Positions 1-13,387 of a stretch of DNA of 64,000 bases are shown in pieces. A program made the translations under genes and the position numbers. The number at the start of each line of letters is the position of its first letter. The stretch's first letter is position 1. Origin of the DNA: Salpingoeca rosetta (Eukaryota; Protista; Choanoflagellata); NCBI GenBank assembly GCA_033442325.1, contig JAWQFM010000024.1, forward strand, positions 285,436-349,435, in the 5' to 3' direction. Below the pieces are notes generated by a model. The model was not told the DNA's origin. It made no database searches and was given only the letters and a program-made list of their open reading frames with translations.

Positions 1-170
1 GTGTGTGTGTGTGTGTGTGTGTGTGTGTTCGTGTGTGTGTGTTCGTGTGTGTGTGTGTTCGTGTGTGTGTGTGTTCGTGTGTGTGTGTTCGTGTGTGTGT
101 GTTGACACTCAACACAAAGTTAGGAGCAGAGGCGGTACATCGCAATGATCGTGACAGACTGGGCCGTACC

Positions 171-559
171 TGGATGGTCGCTTCTGTTGACACAAAGTCT
201 GGCTGGACAACCTCAGTGTTGTCGATCTGCAACAGGATGGACTGACTGGCCACTGGTACAAGGACATGTGGAGGATAAGAGAACAGAGAATGAGGGCCCT
301 GTCAGGTCGAACAACAAGACACTCTAGCAAGCACAATGCATGCACACACACAATGCACACACAATGCACACACAGACACACACGCACACACACATACACA
401 CATACACATACATACACACACATACACACACACATACACACAAACATACACACACACATACACACACACGGTGTCAATCAGCAACATCGAACCTTCAGTA
501 GCTGCAAGAAGAAGCAGCAGCAGCATTTGCAGTGCGACGAGAATGTCTGCACCACGCAT
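171..559 (-). CDS. 5' exons of a probable secreted/membrane protein (continues off the left edge)
   Basis: ATG at 559 gives MRGADILVALQMLLLLLLAATE, a signal-peptide-like hydrophobic run. A phase-1 GT..AG intron containing (GT)n joins it in frame to VASQSILLQIDNTEVVQPDFVSTEATIQ, which ends at a gtacgg donor near 170. No homology recognised. Confidence 0.45.
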
Positions 560-1015
560 CGTGGCTTGCGCTTGCGCTCGCTGTATGATGAAGATCATGT
601 CGGGCGTGACATGCGACAACAACGTTTCACATCACCACAAAAAAACAAAATGTAAGCTCCGTTGTTGTGCTCACAACCTTACCCAGGCGACCATGCGATG
701 ACCGATGACGCGGCGGGCAAGGGTAACGCAGTGCAGCGCGTGCCGCGTTAGCGTACCTTGTCACAAAGCGTTGTGGATGGATGATGACAACGAAAGGGGC
801 GGACGTCCGTGTGTGGGGCTGCTCTTCCTTACCTTCCTTTTTGCTTCCTTTGCTTGGCTCGTTTGAATCCCCACCCACCTCTCGAAGCTGCCACAACAAA
901 CAGCCAAAAAACTGCCTGCAAGCAAGCAAGGCAAGGCAAGCAACAAACCCAAGAAGCTCATCATTGATGTGCTCAAGTTATTTGTATAGCCAAAATCGGC
1001 GCAATTTTTCATGGG

Positions 1016-1089
1016 TCCCCTGTAGTCCAGTGGTCTTAGGATATTGAGCTTTCACCTCAAAGACCGGGGTTCGATTCCCCGCAGGGGAG
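1016..1089 (+). tRNA. tRNA-Glu (anticodon TTC)
   Basis: Acceptor stem TCCCCTG/CAGGGGA, A-box TAGTCCAGTGG, anticodon arm TTGAG-CTTTCAC-CTCAA, T-arm CGGGG-TTCGATT-CCCCG. Confidence 0.93.
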
Positions 1090-1097
1090 GTCTTCTC

Positions 1098-1105
1098 TTT
1101 TTTTT
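1098..1105 (+). terminator. Pol III oligo-T terminator
   Basis: T8 run 9 nt after the tRNA 3' end. Equivalent T-runs follow both downstream copies. Confidence 0.75.
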
Positions 1106-1217
1106 GGCTCAAGACCACACGCACAAGCACTCTGCGTTCCTCTGCGAACGAGCTGCCAGTCGTGCTCTCGCTCGCTCGCAGTCTACACTCGCTTCCACTC
1201 ACAACCTCACGCAGTGC

Positions 1218-1277
1218 TGGTGCAGTGGATATTGAGCTTTCACCTCAAAGACCGGGGTTCGATTCCCCGCAGGGGAG
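1218..1277 (+). pseudogene. tRNA-Glu pseudocopy 1 (no acceptor 5' strand, shortened D-arm)
   Basis: Anticodon arm, T-arm and 3' acceptor strand are identical to the gene at 1016. The upstream gcagtgc cannot pair with CAGGGGA. Confidence 0.75.
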
Positions 1278-1405
1278 GTCTTCTCTTTTTTTTGGCTCAA
1301 GACCACACGCACAAGCACTCTGCGTTCCTCTGCGAACGAGCTGCCAGTCGTGCTCTCGCTCGCTCGCAGTCTACACTCGCTTCCACTCACAACCTCACGC
1401 AGTGC

Positions 1406-1465
1406 TGGTGCAGTGGATATTGAGCTTTCACCTCAAAGATCGGGGTTCGATTCCCCGCAGGGGAG
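1406..1465 (+). pseudogene. tRNA-Glu pseudocopy 2
   Basis: Same as pseudocopy 1, with one C>T at 1440 in the variable loop. Confidence 0.75.
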
Positions 1466-1542
1466 ATGCTTTCTTTTTTTGGCTCAAGACCACACGCACA
1501 AGCAAGACAGGCACTCTGCGTCCCACAGCCTCTGTGCCAGCA

Positions 1543-1970
<428 letters not shown>

Positions 1971-2390
1971 CACCCTCTTTTTTTATTGTACATTTTTTTT
2001 TGTTGTTGCGCTTCTAACCCCCCCCCCCCCCCCCCCCCAAAAAACAAACATCTCTCTGTAACTCTCTCTGTCTGCCCATCACCACTAACCAGCCTTCTAG
2101 CCTTGAAGCAGTCAAAGAGTCAAACACTTCCTCTGCAGCTCGACTTTAGCCTCATGGTGACACACGAACACACGACGAAGCGACGAGACAAGGAGACTAG
2201 GAGATCATCAGCGCCCCCTGCTGTGGTCCTCCTGTACTCTTGTACTGTCCCACCAGCCTTTTTTGTTGACATTCAACGACATGGAAGAATGTTGTCCACG
2301 TCATCTCCAGTTTTCGCATTCGTCATTTATTCCCGGTAACTTTCAAGCTTTCAAACAGGCAGCAGACGAGAAGCTAAGAAGAAGAGCACG

Positions 2391-5300
2391 ATGTCGGCGT
2401 GGGACTTCTACCAGGTGAGAGAGACCTAGTCAAACCTTCTTCTCTTCTTCTTGCACCACTGAACGCATGAGCTTGGAAAGTGAAGTGGAAAGGCGATTGA
2501 GGGGGGAGGGGGAGAACCTGTGCAGCGTGTCGCGTGCGTCAGTGCGTGCTGCTCGACAAACTCACGCGCTTTCGCTGTCATAAAAATGTGAAGATGTGAC
2601 GCCACTTGCCCACCCACTCAACCTCACACACACATCTACCCACAACAAGGGCGACTCGTCCGAGGACAGCACGGAAGCGCCTCAAGATGTCCCAGTAGTC
2701 TACACAACCTTGTCGGCAAACGAGGTGGGTGATATTGTTGTGTGTGTGTGTGTGCGTGTGTCTGTGTCTGTCTGTGGCTGTGGCTGTGTCTGTCTGTCTG
2801 TCTTTGGCTGTGTGTGTGTCTTCTTGGAAAGTGGCATTATTGCCCACAAATGCCGCCAACATGCGCACCACAGTCATCTCTCCTTCTCACTTGTAGACAC
2901 CTGCTGCATATCTTGTTCAACCCACTTCTTCCCCCTCCTTTTGTTCAGGTTGGCGTTCTTGCGCGCGCGTATTTGCAAGCAGCCACAGCAGAGTACACGA
3001 GCCTTCTGAAGGGCACCCAGGAAGACGACGATTCACAATACCATGCCTTCGCCAAGAAGATCCGAACAATTGCCACCAAGAATGGGATTGAAGTCCTTCC
3101 AGTGTGGCGTGCCCCCCAGAAACCTGCCACAAGGACATACCTCGACAACATGATGGAGTTGTCCTTCACGGAAGACATCAAGACCATGCTGCAGGAAATC
3201 CGCAGAGTGGTGGACACGAAGAAGACGGACGAGACACAGGTGACCTTCGACGAGGCGGAAACCTTCCTTCGTCGTCTTGATGAAGTCGCACGCAAAGGAC
3301 CGGCCGAGTGCAACGAGTTGGGACAGTTTCGACAAGCTGCGGTGACCTTGTCCTTGTTGTGTAACGTCGGTGTGGAAGAGAACGTGCAACAGCGACGTTT
3401 CAGTCTGGCCAACACGCTGCCGACGCATTGCTGGAACTCATTTTGGCTGCTTCGTGTGGTTCATACAGATTTACAGTCGAGTGTAGACCCCCGCAATGCC
3501 GCCAAGGAGAAGGAAAAGGACGTGGACGTGGCCCACAAAACAGTTTATGCGCAGCCGTTCTCGGCCGAGCTTCTCTGCCCTGATTGGCACCTGCACAATG
3601 AGTGGTTCCAAGTGGTCAAACACAAGGACAAACCCCTGCGTAAGGCCACTGTCGAGTGTGTGCATGTTACATGTGTGTTGGTGCTGGCGTAAAGGGAGTG
3701 AGTCTTCAGCACTCGTTTGCATGCATGCGCGTGCTTGTGTCGCATGTGCATGTACATGCATGTGTTTGCTTGCGCATGCATGAGCTGCTTCTGAAGGAGA
3801 GTATCCCTCAATCATACACACACACACACATGCACATGCGCACACACGCACACACATGCACGCTGACTGCACTGCAGACTTTGCTGATGCCTTTTGCACG
3901 CCCGAGACGCTCTTCAACGACCGCATGCAAGCGCCCCTCGTCAGGGCGTGTGGTGATGCAGCAGTGTACGTCAAGAGCCACGCGTCGTTTGAGGCCGACC
4001 CCGCTGTTGTCGTTCACTATGCTGTGCGTCTGGCCTCGAACCTTGACTGCAACCCACTGTTGATTGATCTCAAGACCCGTGACAGCCGGCGGGCACAGGA
4101 TGCTGCCAAGGCGCAGGTGCTGGAGTACGCAGCAAAGGCCATCAAGTCCGCAGGCCCGGAGTGGCGTGACTTGAAGGGGTATTTGTTCCCCTTTGCCATC
4201 ACTGTCTGCATGTATAAAGTGTCCGTGTACGCGTGCACGCTGGGCGAGGAGATGCACGGTGGCGAGGCCTTTCCCAGTGTCCTTTACACAAAACTTGGCG
4301 ACATCGACGTGAGTTGCCATCGCGTTTTCGAGGGTGTTTGCATTGTGTGTTTGTATGTGCATGTGTGTGTTTGTAAGTGTGTGCGTGTGTGTGTTTGTAA
4401 GTGCGCATGTGTGTGTTTGTAAGTGTGTGTTTCGCAAGGTCTTGCACGTGCTGTTGAGCTGTTGCTGTCGACTGGCTGTTGCCTTGTATGCTGCTAATTG
4501 TCGTTGGACGCTGCGCTCACATAGCTGCCTTGGTCGCGGGATTCAGCTGAGCAGGCTTGGGTATGTCATTGAGTGGCTGCTCGACGAAGAGCACATGGCG
4601 CATTACGAGAATGTTTCCGCCATTGCCCAGGTAGCCGGTGCATTCGTGATATTGTGCCCTCTTGCCCTTGCCTTCTCGCCCACTTACCCTCTTGCTCGCT
4701 GCTATCTTGGTATTCCGTCATCATCACATACCTCGTGGTGTCCTCGTACACCTTCTTTCTTGTGTTCAACAACCAACGATGCCACACACACGCACACACG
4801 CACACACACACACATGACACACACACACACACACATGACACACACACACACAGGGACGAGAGGCCCTGCCCCCTCAGCCCCAGCACTTGCGCCTGAGACG
4901 ACAGCCACAACTGCTGGCTTCTCGGACACGCCTTCCTCGACAACCACCCACACCACCAGCACCAGCAACAAGGAAGAAGCAGCCCAGGCAGAATCCACGC
5001 CACCACAGCAGGCTGTCGACACGCAGTGCAGCACAAAGACAGCCAAGGCCGAAGCCAAGGCCAAACCCACACCGCATCAGGGCCGGGGCCAGCAGGCAAA
5101 GGCACGCAGACCGGTAACTCGCGGCGCCTCCAGAGTGTCACAAACACGCAGCGGCGGGCCTGCTGGCGCGGTCGTGAAGAAAGTCGTGAAGAATACTGAC
5201 CACTCCGCACCAGCAACCGCAAAGCAGCAGCGGCAGCGCCAGCAAGCGAAGACACGCCAAGCCGCAAGTCGCGCCGTCTCGAGGAGCACGCCAGCAAGAC

Positions 5301-6259
5301 CGGGTACCGGGCGTAGCCGCGCGCTGAAGGAGACCCGCCCGACCACAGCCGCAACCGCACGGCGACGGCGTCAGCAACCCAAGACAGGCAAAGCCACAAC
5401 ACCATCCACAACACCATCCACAACACCATCCACAACAACATCTCGTTCCGCCACCAGAACAGCCCCAACAAGAACACCAAGCACCAAGGCAGACACCAAG
5501 ACTGACACAGCAGGCAGCAGCAAGGCTGAGCAGCGTCAGCATGCAGTCACCAAAGGGGCAAGGGCCAGGTCAGCCAAAATCGCCACGAGATACGAGATGT
5601 GCGTCTACAAAGGCGGTAAAGACACGGCCGCGGTTGCACTGGTAAACGGCAAGATGCTGAAGGTGTGTGGCGGCCACTGCATTGATGCTGATGATGAGGT
5701 GGACAGCGAGCTGCAGGCCTGGCAACTGCTCTATCCAGACGAAACGGTGGAAGTGCACAAGCGGTCGCGCCCCGTCCTTGCCTTTCCCCACCTAGCGCCG
5801 ACCAAAAAAGGCACGGGCATCAAGGGCAAGGAGGCGCTTACAGCTGCTGCTGAATACCTCCTTGTGTTGTCGAAGAACAATCTGTGTCACATGGACATCC
5901 GCTCTCACAACATCCTGCCCAACGGCCGCATCGTGGACTTTGGTTTCCTCTGCGAACCTGATGAGCAGCTTCCCGGATCCTTTTACACAGCGCTGCGGGA
6001 GCGCCCTCGGCGTGTGCTGCATGGCAACGCACGAACCATAACCACGGAAGTTGTTCTGGACTGGGAGTCGCTGCTGTTCTCGTACGTGTTCTCGCCTGGT
6101 ACCGTCCGATCTGCCATGCTCCGGCTGCTTGAGAGCAAGGCGATCCTCCTGCAGTGGCTGGCAGACAAGCGGGCTGAGCTCTTGGACAACGACGACGACA
6201 AGGACACGGCAAAGCTGCTGCACGAGATTATGCAGCACGTTGCTTATGTGTACTTTTGA
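2391..6259 (+). CDS. Multi-exon protein: PD-(D/E)xK-like nuclease domain + low-complexity basic linker + compact protein-kinase domain (Crinkler/RHS-effector-like)
   Basis: Exons ~2391-2414, 2650-2724, 2949-3639, 3878-4308, ~4548-4638, 4854-6259. Nuclease-like motifs: EAD...PLLIDLK...AQVLEYA (3991-4131). Kinase motifs: KMLK, DSELQAW, HMDIRSHN (5888), VDFG (5936), LDWESL. The kinase call is firm; the nuclease call is motif-level only. Confidence 0.7.
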
Positions 6260-6798
6260 GCTTGACGCGTGGGTTGCGGTTGCGTGCCATGCAGCTTGTA
6301 CTTTGGACGTGTTTGTGTTGTGTGTGTGTGTGTGGTGCGGGGAGAGTGTGGTGGTGATGATGACGGCGATGGCTTGTGCATGTGTGCGTGTGTTGCGCTC
6401 CTGGACATGATATGTAGACATGTTGCCGCTTAGTGGCTTCTTGTCTTCTTGTCTTCTTGTGGCTGCTTCTTCAGTGACTATCTGCTATCTGACTGTGATT
6501 GCGACAATACATCTGACTATACGAGCACAATTCAAAGACAACGAGGCAGCAACCAACAGACATACACGCACACACACATGCACACACAGAGTCACAGGGG
6601 ACTAGGGGACCGACCATGAATTTGTCAAGTGACGTGAGTGGGTGAGTTCAAGGAGTTCAGAAGTTCTCAACACGCTGATTCACACTTCTCGACTGCACTG
6701 CTTTCAAGCACAGCATCTCCAGCGCACAGCCCAACCGATAATTGAACAAGTCTTGTGCCATTTTTCCGCAACCAGCACACAAGCAAACGACAGACAGC

Positions 6799-8857
6799 AT
6801 GGCTGAGAACACCAGCAGCAGCGACAAGCTTGCTGCGTTCGCACAACGCTTCGCTGCTGTGCAGCAGCAGCAGCAACAACAGCAGGAGCAGCAGGAGCGC
6901 CAGCAACAAAAGGAAGGAAACGAGGAGGAGGAGACGAATGCGGATGAAGGGGCGACAGGAACCCACAGCGCCGAGCAAGGCGCCAACACCACCACGGTGC
7001 AACAAGAACAAGAGCAAGCAGGGATAGGCCAACAAGTGCCCTTCGAACCTGTTGTGGAACCTGTTGTGGAACCTGCCGTGGAAGCCACGGTGGTGACAAC
7101 CGCGGAAGCTCCGGAAGCGCCGCCGCTGGCGCCCGCATCCTCAAGCAAGAGCGACGACCCCTCGAATGGCCCCTCGACCAGCGATCCTGCCATTGCGAGT
7201 ACAGGGGCTACCGACACACTTGGGCAGCCACCACACTCACAACAGCAAGGACCTTCTGAAGCGCCGACGTCCTCCTCCCCACCACAAGGGCAACATGCGC
7301 CAGCGGAACCAGACGCAACGGTCGCGGGGACGCAGCCCACACCCGGCGTTACGGAGGAGGCGCGTCGTGAAGCCGCCTACGAAGGACAACAGCAGCAGCC
7401 GCAGCAGCAGCCGCCGCCGCCGCCGCCACAACAGGAGCAAGCAACGCAGTATCAGAAGCAGCTGCAGCAGCCACCGCTTCTTGGCGCCCAGCCGCCAATG
7501 CGCGCACCACTGCCGCAGCGGGCCCCATTTGCAGGCGCCCAGGGCGCTGCCCCCTTTCATCAACTGCACCAAGGTAGTACACGGTTTGCACCGCCAACAC
7601 TCTCCCCGGCGCAGCCGTTTCGCGGCCCACCACCACCCCACCATCACCTTCATCAGCACGCACCACCGTTGCCGCCTGGGCAGGCGCCACCACCTCCATT
7701 CCAGCGCCCGCCTTTCTCGCAGCACCACCGCCCGCCTCATGCCCACCCATCACGTGGCCCGCCCCACCCACAGCCGCACATGCGCAGGGCACCCCCGCTG
7801 CCGGCACCATCATCATCGGCGTCACCTCCGCTGCCGCCGCGGTCGCCACAGAGACGAGGCCCGCCACGGCCAGGTGCGGGCGGACAACTCCGCAGATCGC
7901 CGTCGCCGTCCCCACAGCTGAGGCAGAGGGGACGACAGCAGAGCCCCCGTCCCCGCCGCACACTGCCGCCTCCACGGGCACGCAGTGGTGCACGCGATGT
8001 CCGTGGGGGTGCACGCTACGGGTCAAGGCCCCGTCGGTCCGCGTCGCCGCGGCCAGCGCCACCACCACCGTCACACGCACGTGCACGTGGACGCAGGCGG
8101 TCACGTAGTCCACCAATGCACCACGCACCCCATCGTCGTGGCGCACCGTCGCCACCACCGCCACCACTGCCAGCGGCACCATCAGCCGCGGGAGCCGTGT
8201 CGGCGGGGCGGGAGCGGGAGATACCGCCAAACTCACGCATCTTTGTCGCGCGGCTGAAACGCAACCAGGTGACGAAGGCTGATCTGGAGCAGGTGTTTTC
8301 CAAGTACGGGCGTATTCTTGAGATCCGCCTGAACCACACATATGGGTTTGTACAGTTTGACAATCCCCGCAGCGCCCGCGCCGCCATTGACCACGAGAAG
8401 GGCCGCCGCATCCTCGGCATTCCCATCGGTGCGTGTGTTTGTGTGTGTTGGGGTGTGTTATGGATGTGAAAGTGTGTGTTTGTGTGTGTGTATGCATGGG
8501 TGTGAAAGTGTGTGTGTGTGTGTGTGTTTGCGCGCGCGTGTGCTTGTGTGTGTTGTGCAAGCTCTCTTACTTGCACGCACGCGCGGAGGTGCTGCAGCTT
8601 CTGCAACGCGCTCTTTGTTTTGTCCTCAGGTACGTGTCCTAAACCCTAACACTCAACCAACAACATATGCATGCCAATTGATGCACATGCGTAGATTTAA
8701 ACCTTGCGACCAACAAGTTCCCGACATATGATACGGCTGATGGTGTGCGCCGTGCGCCTTCGCCGCCGCCATCACCGCCCCGACCCGCACCGCCAGCAGC
8801 GATGCGTCCACGTGCCCGCCGCCACTCACCATCCCCAATTCGCGTACGTGCTGCTGT

Positions 8858-8902
<45 letters not shown>

Positions 8903-9000
8903 TGTGTGCTTGACGGTGGCCCTGGGTTTCCTTGGTCCTACACACGTTTCATTTGTTCCCACTCGACTCCTTGTCCAGCACGCACTCACTCACGCACTCA

Positions 9001-9043
<43 letters not shown>

Positions 9044-9475
9044 TCACTCACTCGCACACACCTCACATGCACACATATGCGTGCGAAGCAGTCTGATCAG
9101 CCGCCGCCGAAGGTTGCGAAGCGCAGCGGTGCGCCAGACTGCGTGCTCGTCATCCACACCACCAAACCCGCGCTCAAGTATGGTAGTACAGCCATCGTGG
9201 CACAGGCACACATGTACATATTCACACACGCAAGCATCCTCTTCACGCCTGTCATACACTGTTACGTGCTGTTGTTCCTGCCAAAGCCCGACCCTTCTCA
9301 TCCTTGCTTTTGTGTCTCCTCTTGCAGGCGCACCGCTGTTGAGTTGCGTGACGATTTGATGCGTCGCAACGTCCACGTACGTGTAGACACACCCACACAC
9401 CCACCCACCCACACACACACACCCACACCCACACACACACACACACACACACACCCCCACACACACACACACCAC

Positions 9476-9506
<31 letters not shown>

Positions 9507-11813
9507 GCACGCACGCACACGCATAATACCATGTGCTTGCACATCCAAGAGTAATGCGCACAACGCACAATACCATCTCACGCATGCACATGTTGCATGC
9601 ACGCCACACGCGCACACTTCTGCAAACGCACGCACGATCACACACACGCATCAGCACGTGCACCTGCACAACGCACATTCACTCACGCTCGCGTTTTACC
9701 TCACAACCGCCCTTCTTCCCTTGTGGCTTCATTCGCACCTGCGCGGTGTCTGCGAATGTTCAGACGGAGACAACGGCACTGCGGCCCAGCGAGCACCTGA
9801 GCGACGTGTTGCGCGAGTGCCGTGCTGATGGCGCCGTTGTTGCTGCCGTGCTCTTTGCCCCGAGCCCCGCTGGCCAAACCCTCGACATCCACGTTCTCCA
9901 GGGCCAGCGCGAAGGTGAATCACACATGTGGACATGTGAATGTGAATGTGAATGTGAATGTGAATGTGAATATGAATGTGTGCCTGTTTGATTTTGCGCT
10001 CGACGCTCACAATCCACCCACCCACCCACCACCACCACCACCACCACCACCACCATCATCACCACCACCACCACCACCACCATCATCACCATGATTGCGC
10101 CTTGGCGCAGTTCGCCAGCGCGTGCCGCTGAGCGACAGCGCTGCCATCATTTCACACATCTGCCACGAGCGAAGCGGTCCCTCTCCCTCTGCACCACCTG
10201 CCCCTGCTGTTGTCTCCCCTCCTCGCCGCCCCCCGCCACCACCGCAGCCACAGCCACAGTCCCCCTACCGCGGTGCCTACAGGACGCGTGGACCGCAACA
10301 CCACCGCGGGCACGGCCGGTCGCCGCGGCCTNNNNNNNNNNNNNNNNNNNNNNNNNNNNNNNNNNNNNNNNNNNNNNNNNNNNNNNNNNNNNNNNNNNNN
10401 NNNNNNNNNNNNNNNNNNNNNNNNNNNNNNNNNNNNNNNNNNNNNNNNNNNNNNNNNNNNNNNNNNNNNNNNNNNNNNNNNNNNNNNNNNNNNNNNNNNN
10501 NNNNNNNNNNNNNNNNNNNNNNNNNNNNNNNNNNNNNNNNNNNNNNNNNNNNNNNNNNNNNNNNNNNNNNNNNNNNNNNNNNNNNNNNNNNNNNNNNNNN
10601 NNNNNNNNNNNNNNNNNNNNNNNNNNNNNNNNNNNNNNNNNNNNNNNNNNNNNNNNNNNNNNNNNNNNNNNNNNNNNNNNNNNNNNNNNNNNNNNNNNNN
10701 NNNNNNNNNNNNNNNNNNNNNNNNNNNNNNNNNNNNNNNNNNNNNNNNNNNNNNNNNNNNNNNNNNNNNNNNNNNNNNNNNNNNNNNNNNNNNNNNNNNN
10801 NNNNNNNNNNNNNNNNNNNNNNNNNNNNNNNNNNNNNNNNNNNNNNNNNNNNNNNNNNNNNNNNNNNNNNNNNNNNNNNNNNNNNNNNNNNNNNNNNNNN
10901 NNNNNNNNNNNNNNNNNNNNNNNNNNNNNNNNNNNNNNNNNNNNNNNNNNNNNNNNNNNNNNNNNNNNNNNNNNNNNNNNNNNNNNNNNNNNNNNNNNNN
11001 NNNNNNNNNNNNNNNNNNNNNNNNNNNNNNNNNNNNNNNNNNNNNNNNNNNNNNNNNNNNNNNNNACACACACACACACACACACACACCACACACACAC
11101 ACATACACACACACACACACCACACACACACAGACACACACAAACACACACAAACACACACACATGTACACCACAATGACACTGTCAAGTTCGAAACACG
11201 CATGATGCACTCACACACACACATACACACACCACGCATGCGGTGCTTGGTTCCCTCCTGGCTGATTTGCGCTCGGTATTCCCCACCGCCTGCGTCGGCC
11301 GCGCCCCACTTCCTTCCCCATTGCCATCCCAACGGTGCCAACGTGAACCTTCTTTCCTCTATTGCATCCCGTCCAACTGTCGCCGTCGTGTGCCTACAGG
11401 CAACCGACAGCGCTGTGTCCGCAACCCCTGTCTCTGCCCTTTCCTACGAGCAGCCGCCCGTGGTTGCGTCGCCCGCCACACGCACGAATGCCCACACGCA
11501 GAGCCTGACTTCCCAGATTTACAAGATTCTTGGCCAGAGCACACCCTCTCCGCAGTCGTGAGTTTGTCTTGTCATCAACGAGTCGCCTGCTACCGGCGGT
11601 GATGAGAGCGACGTCGACACCATCACCGGGGGGGGGGGGCCGACAGCGGTGGTGGCGGCGATGTTGGTGTTAGTGGTGGTGGTGCAGATGGTCGTGGTGT
11701 CGGTGTTGGTGATGGTGGTGATGGTGACGAGGTTGTGCCCGCATCGGTGGCATCTTCTGCAGCCACGCTGTTTGTCGTGTTTCTCCTGCACATCACCGGT
11801 ACCGCTGTTCACC

Positions 11814-11851
<38 letters not shown>

Positions 11852-12205
11852 AACACACACATATGCACATGCACACACACATACACACACACATGCACAC
11901 ACATACACACACACACACACATGCACACACCGTCACGTGTAACTTCATGCCTTTCTTTCATTTCCGTGGCCAGGCCGGCGCCGCCTGTTCCCCACAGCAC
12001 CGCGCCGTCGGACCCGCGCCTGCAGTCTGCACCGAATAGTGGCGGTGGCGGCGGCGGCGGGTATCGACCAGCACCCCGCCCAGCAGCACCGGGCACTGCT
12101 GCCGCGCACCAACGCACAGCGACAACGACCCAGGACGCGAGCATCGACCTTAACGACCCGGCCGTGCAGAACATGCTCAACGCGCTCCTTAGAGAGGCCA
12201 GCTGA
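6799..12205 (+). CDS. NCOA5: NCOA5/Neosin-like RNA-binding protein (RRM + anticodon-binding-like domain); spans assembly gap
   Basis: RRM SRIFVARLKRNQVTKADLEQVFSKYGRILEIRLNHTYGFVQFD (8230-8427). Later exons PDCVLVIH...LSDVLRECRADGAVVAAVL...LDIHVLQG match the NCOA5 core, and the C-terminal IDLNDPAVQNMLNALL matches the NCOA5 tail motif. Confidence 0.72.
10332..11065. other. Assembly gap
   Basis: Run of N. Confidence 1.
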
Positions 12206-12280
12206 AGAGGAGAGAACGAGACGAGAGAGAGAGTGTGTGCGTGTATGTGTGTGTGTGTATGTATGTGTGTGTTTGTGTGT

Positions 12281-12355
<75 letters not shown>

Positions 12356-12534
12356 TACGTGTGTGTGTGGTACATGTGTGAATGTGAGTGCGTTGTACAT
12401 GTGTTTGGTTGGTGTGGTTTGAATTTCGCGGCGCAGTTTCTGCCTCGCAACCCAAAAGCGACAAACCCAAACAAGCAATACAACGACCAGACTGCAAGCA
12501 CAACCAACCAACCAAGGCTCACACAAAGCACGCC

Positions 12535-13216
12535 ATGGCGTTGAGAAGGGGCAGGATAGCAGAGGATGAAGTGGTGGAGGAGGAACGCGGGCTGGCGCAG
12601 GGATCGTCACCTCAGAGACGCGGTCAGCATGCAAAGGGGGCGAGAAGAACCAAGGGCAAGGACGAGGTGAACTACGATGATGAGAGCGATGTGGAGGAAG
12701 AAGTGGTTGGTGGTGGACATGACAGGGATCGCACGCAGCAGCGTGGACGTCACGATGGAGCCACCAGCGACGACGATGACGACGGCTTGATTGAAGAGGA
12801 GGAGGACATGGACGACTCGCGCTACTACGAAGACGTATCACGTGAGTGCACCTGCATATCAGTCACGGTGATGATGGAATGCCGTGAGTGTGATGGTGCC
12901 TGTGGTTGTGAGTGAGCAGGGTTGTGGCCGTCGCTTCCAACGTTTTGGAGTCGCTGTACGTCTAACAACTTTGCGCTGTCTTCGGCATCTTTCCATCCAC
13001 GCGGTCGTGTACAGCGATCCCCAAGCTGTCAGAGCTGCGGCTGACAGGGCTGCCAACGAACCGTACACACAACCGAGATGACATGCGACGCATCCAACGC
13101 GAAAACGTCATGCTCCTCGGCAAACTTGAAGAGGTGCGTGCGTGTGTGTGTAGTTGTGTGTGCGTGGTTGTGTGTGTGTGTGTGTTTGTGTGTGTTTGTG
13201 TGTGTGCGTGTTTGTG

Positions 13217-13301
<85 letters not shown>

Positions 13302-13333
13302 TTGTGTGTGTTTGTGTGTGTGTTTGTGTGTGG

Positions 13334-13387
<54 letters not shown>

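Larger units (their letters stand above)
1039..1510 (+). repeat. 188-bp tandem repeat (~2.5 units) containing the 3' two-thirds of tRNA-Glu
   Basis: GGATATTGAGCTTTCACCTC starts at 1039, 1227 and 1415 (188-bp period). Units 1 and 2 look identical; the flank of unit 3 is diverged. Confidence 0.92.

Noticed and set aside
1039-1510. Repeat-spacer pattern as a CRISPR array or a permuted/split tRNA
   Set aside because: The spacers are identical, the repeat is tRNA-derived and no cas genes are present. No separate 5' half (TCCCCTGTAG) lies downstream, so permutation is unsupported.
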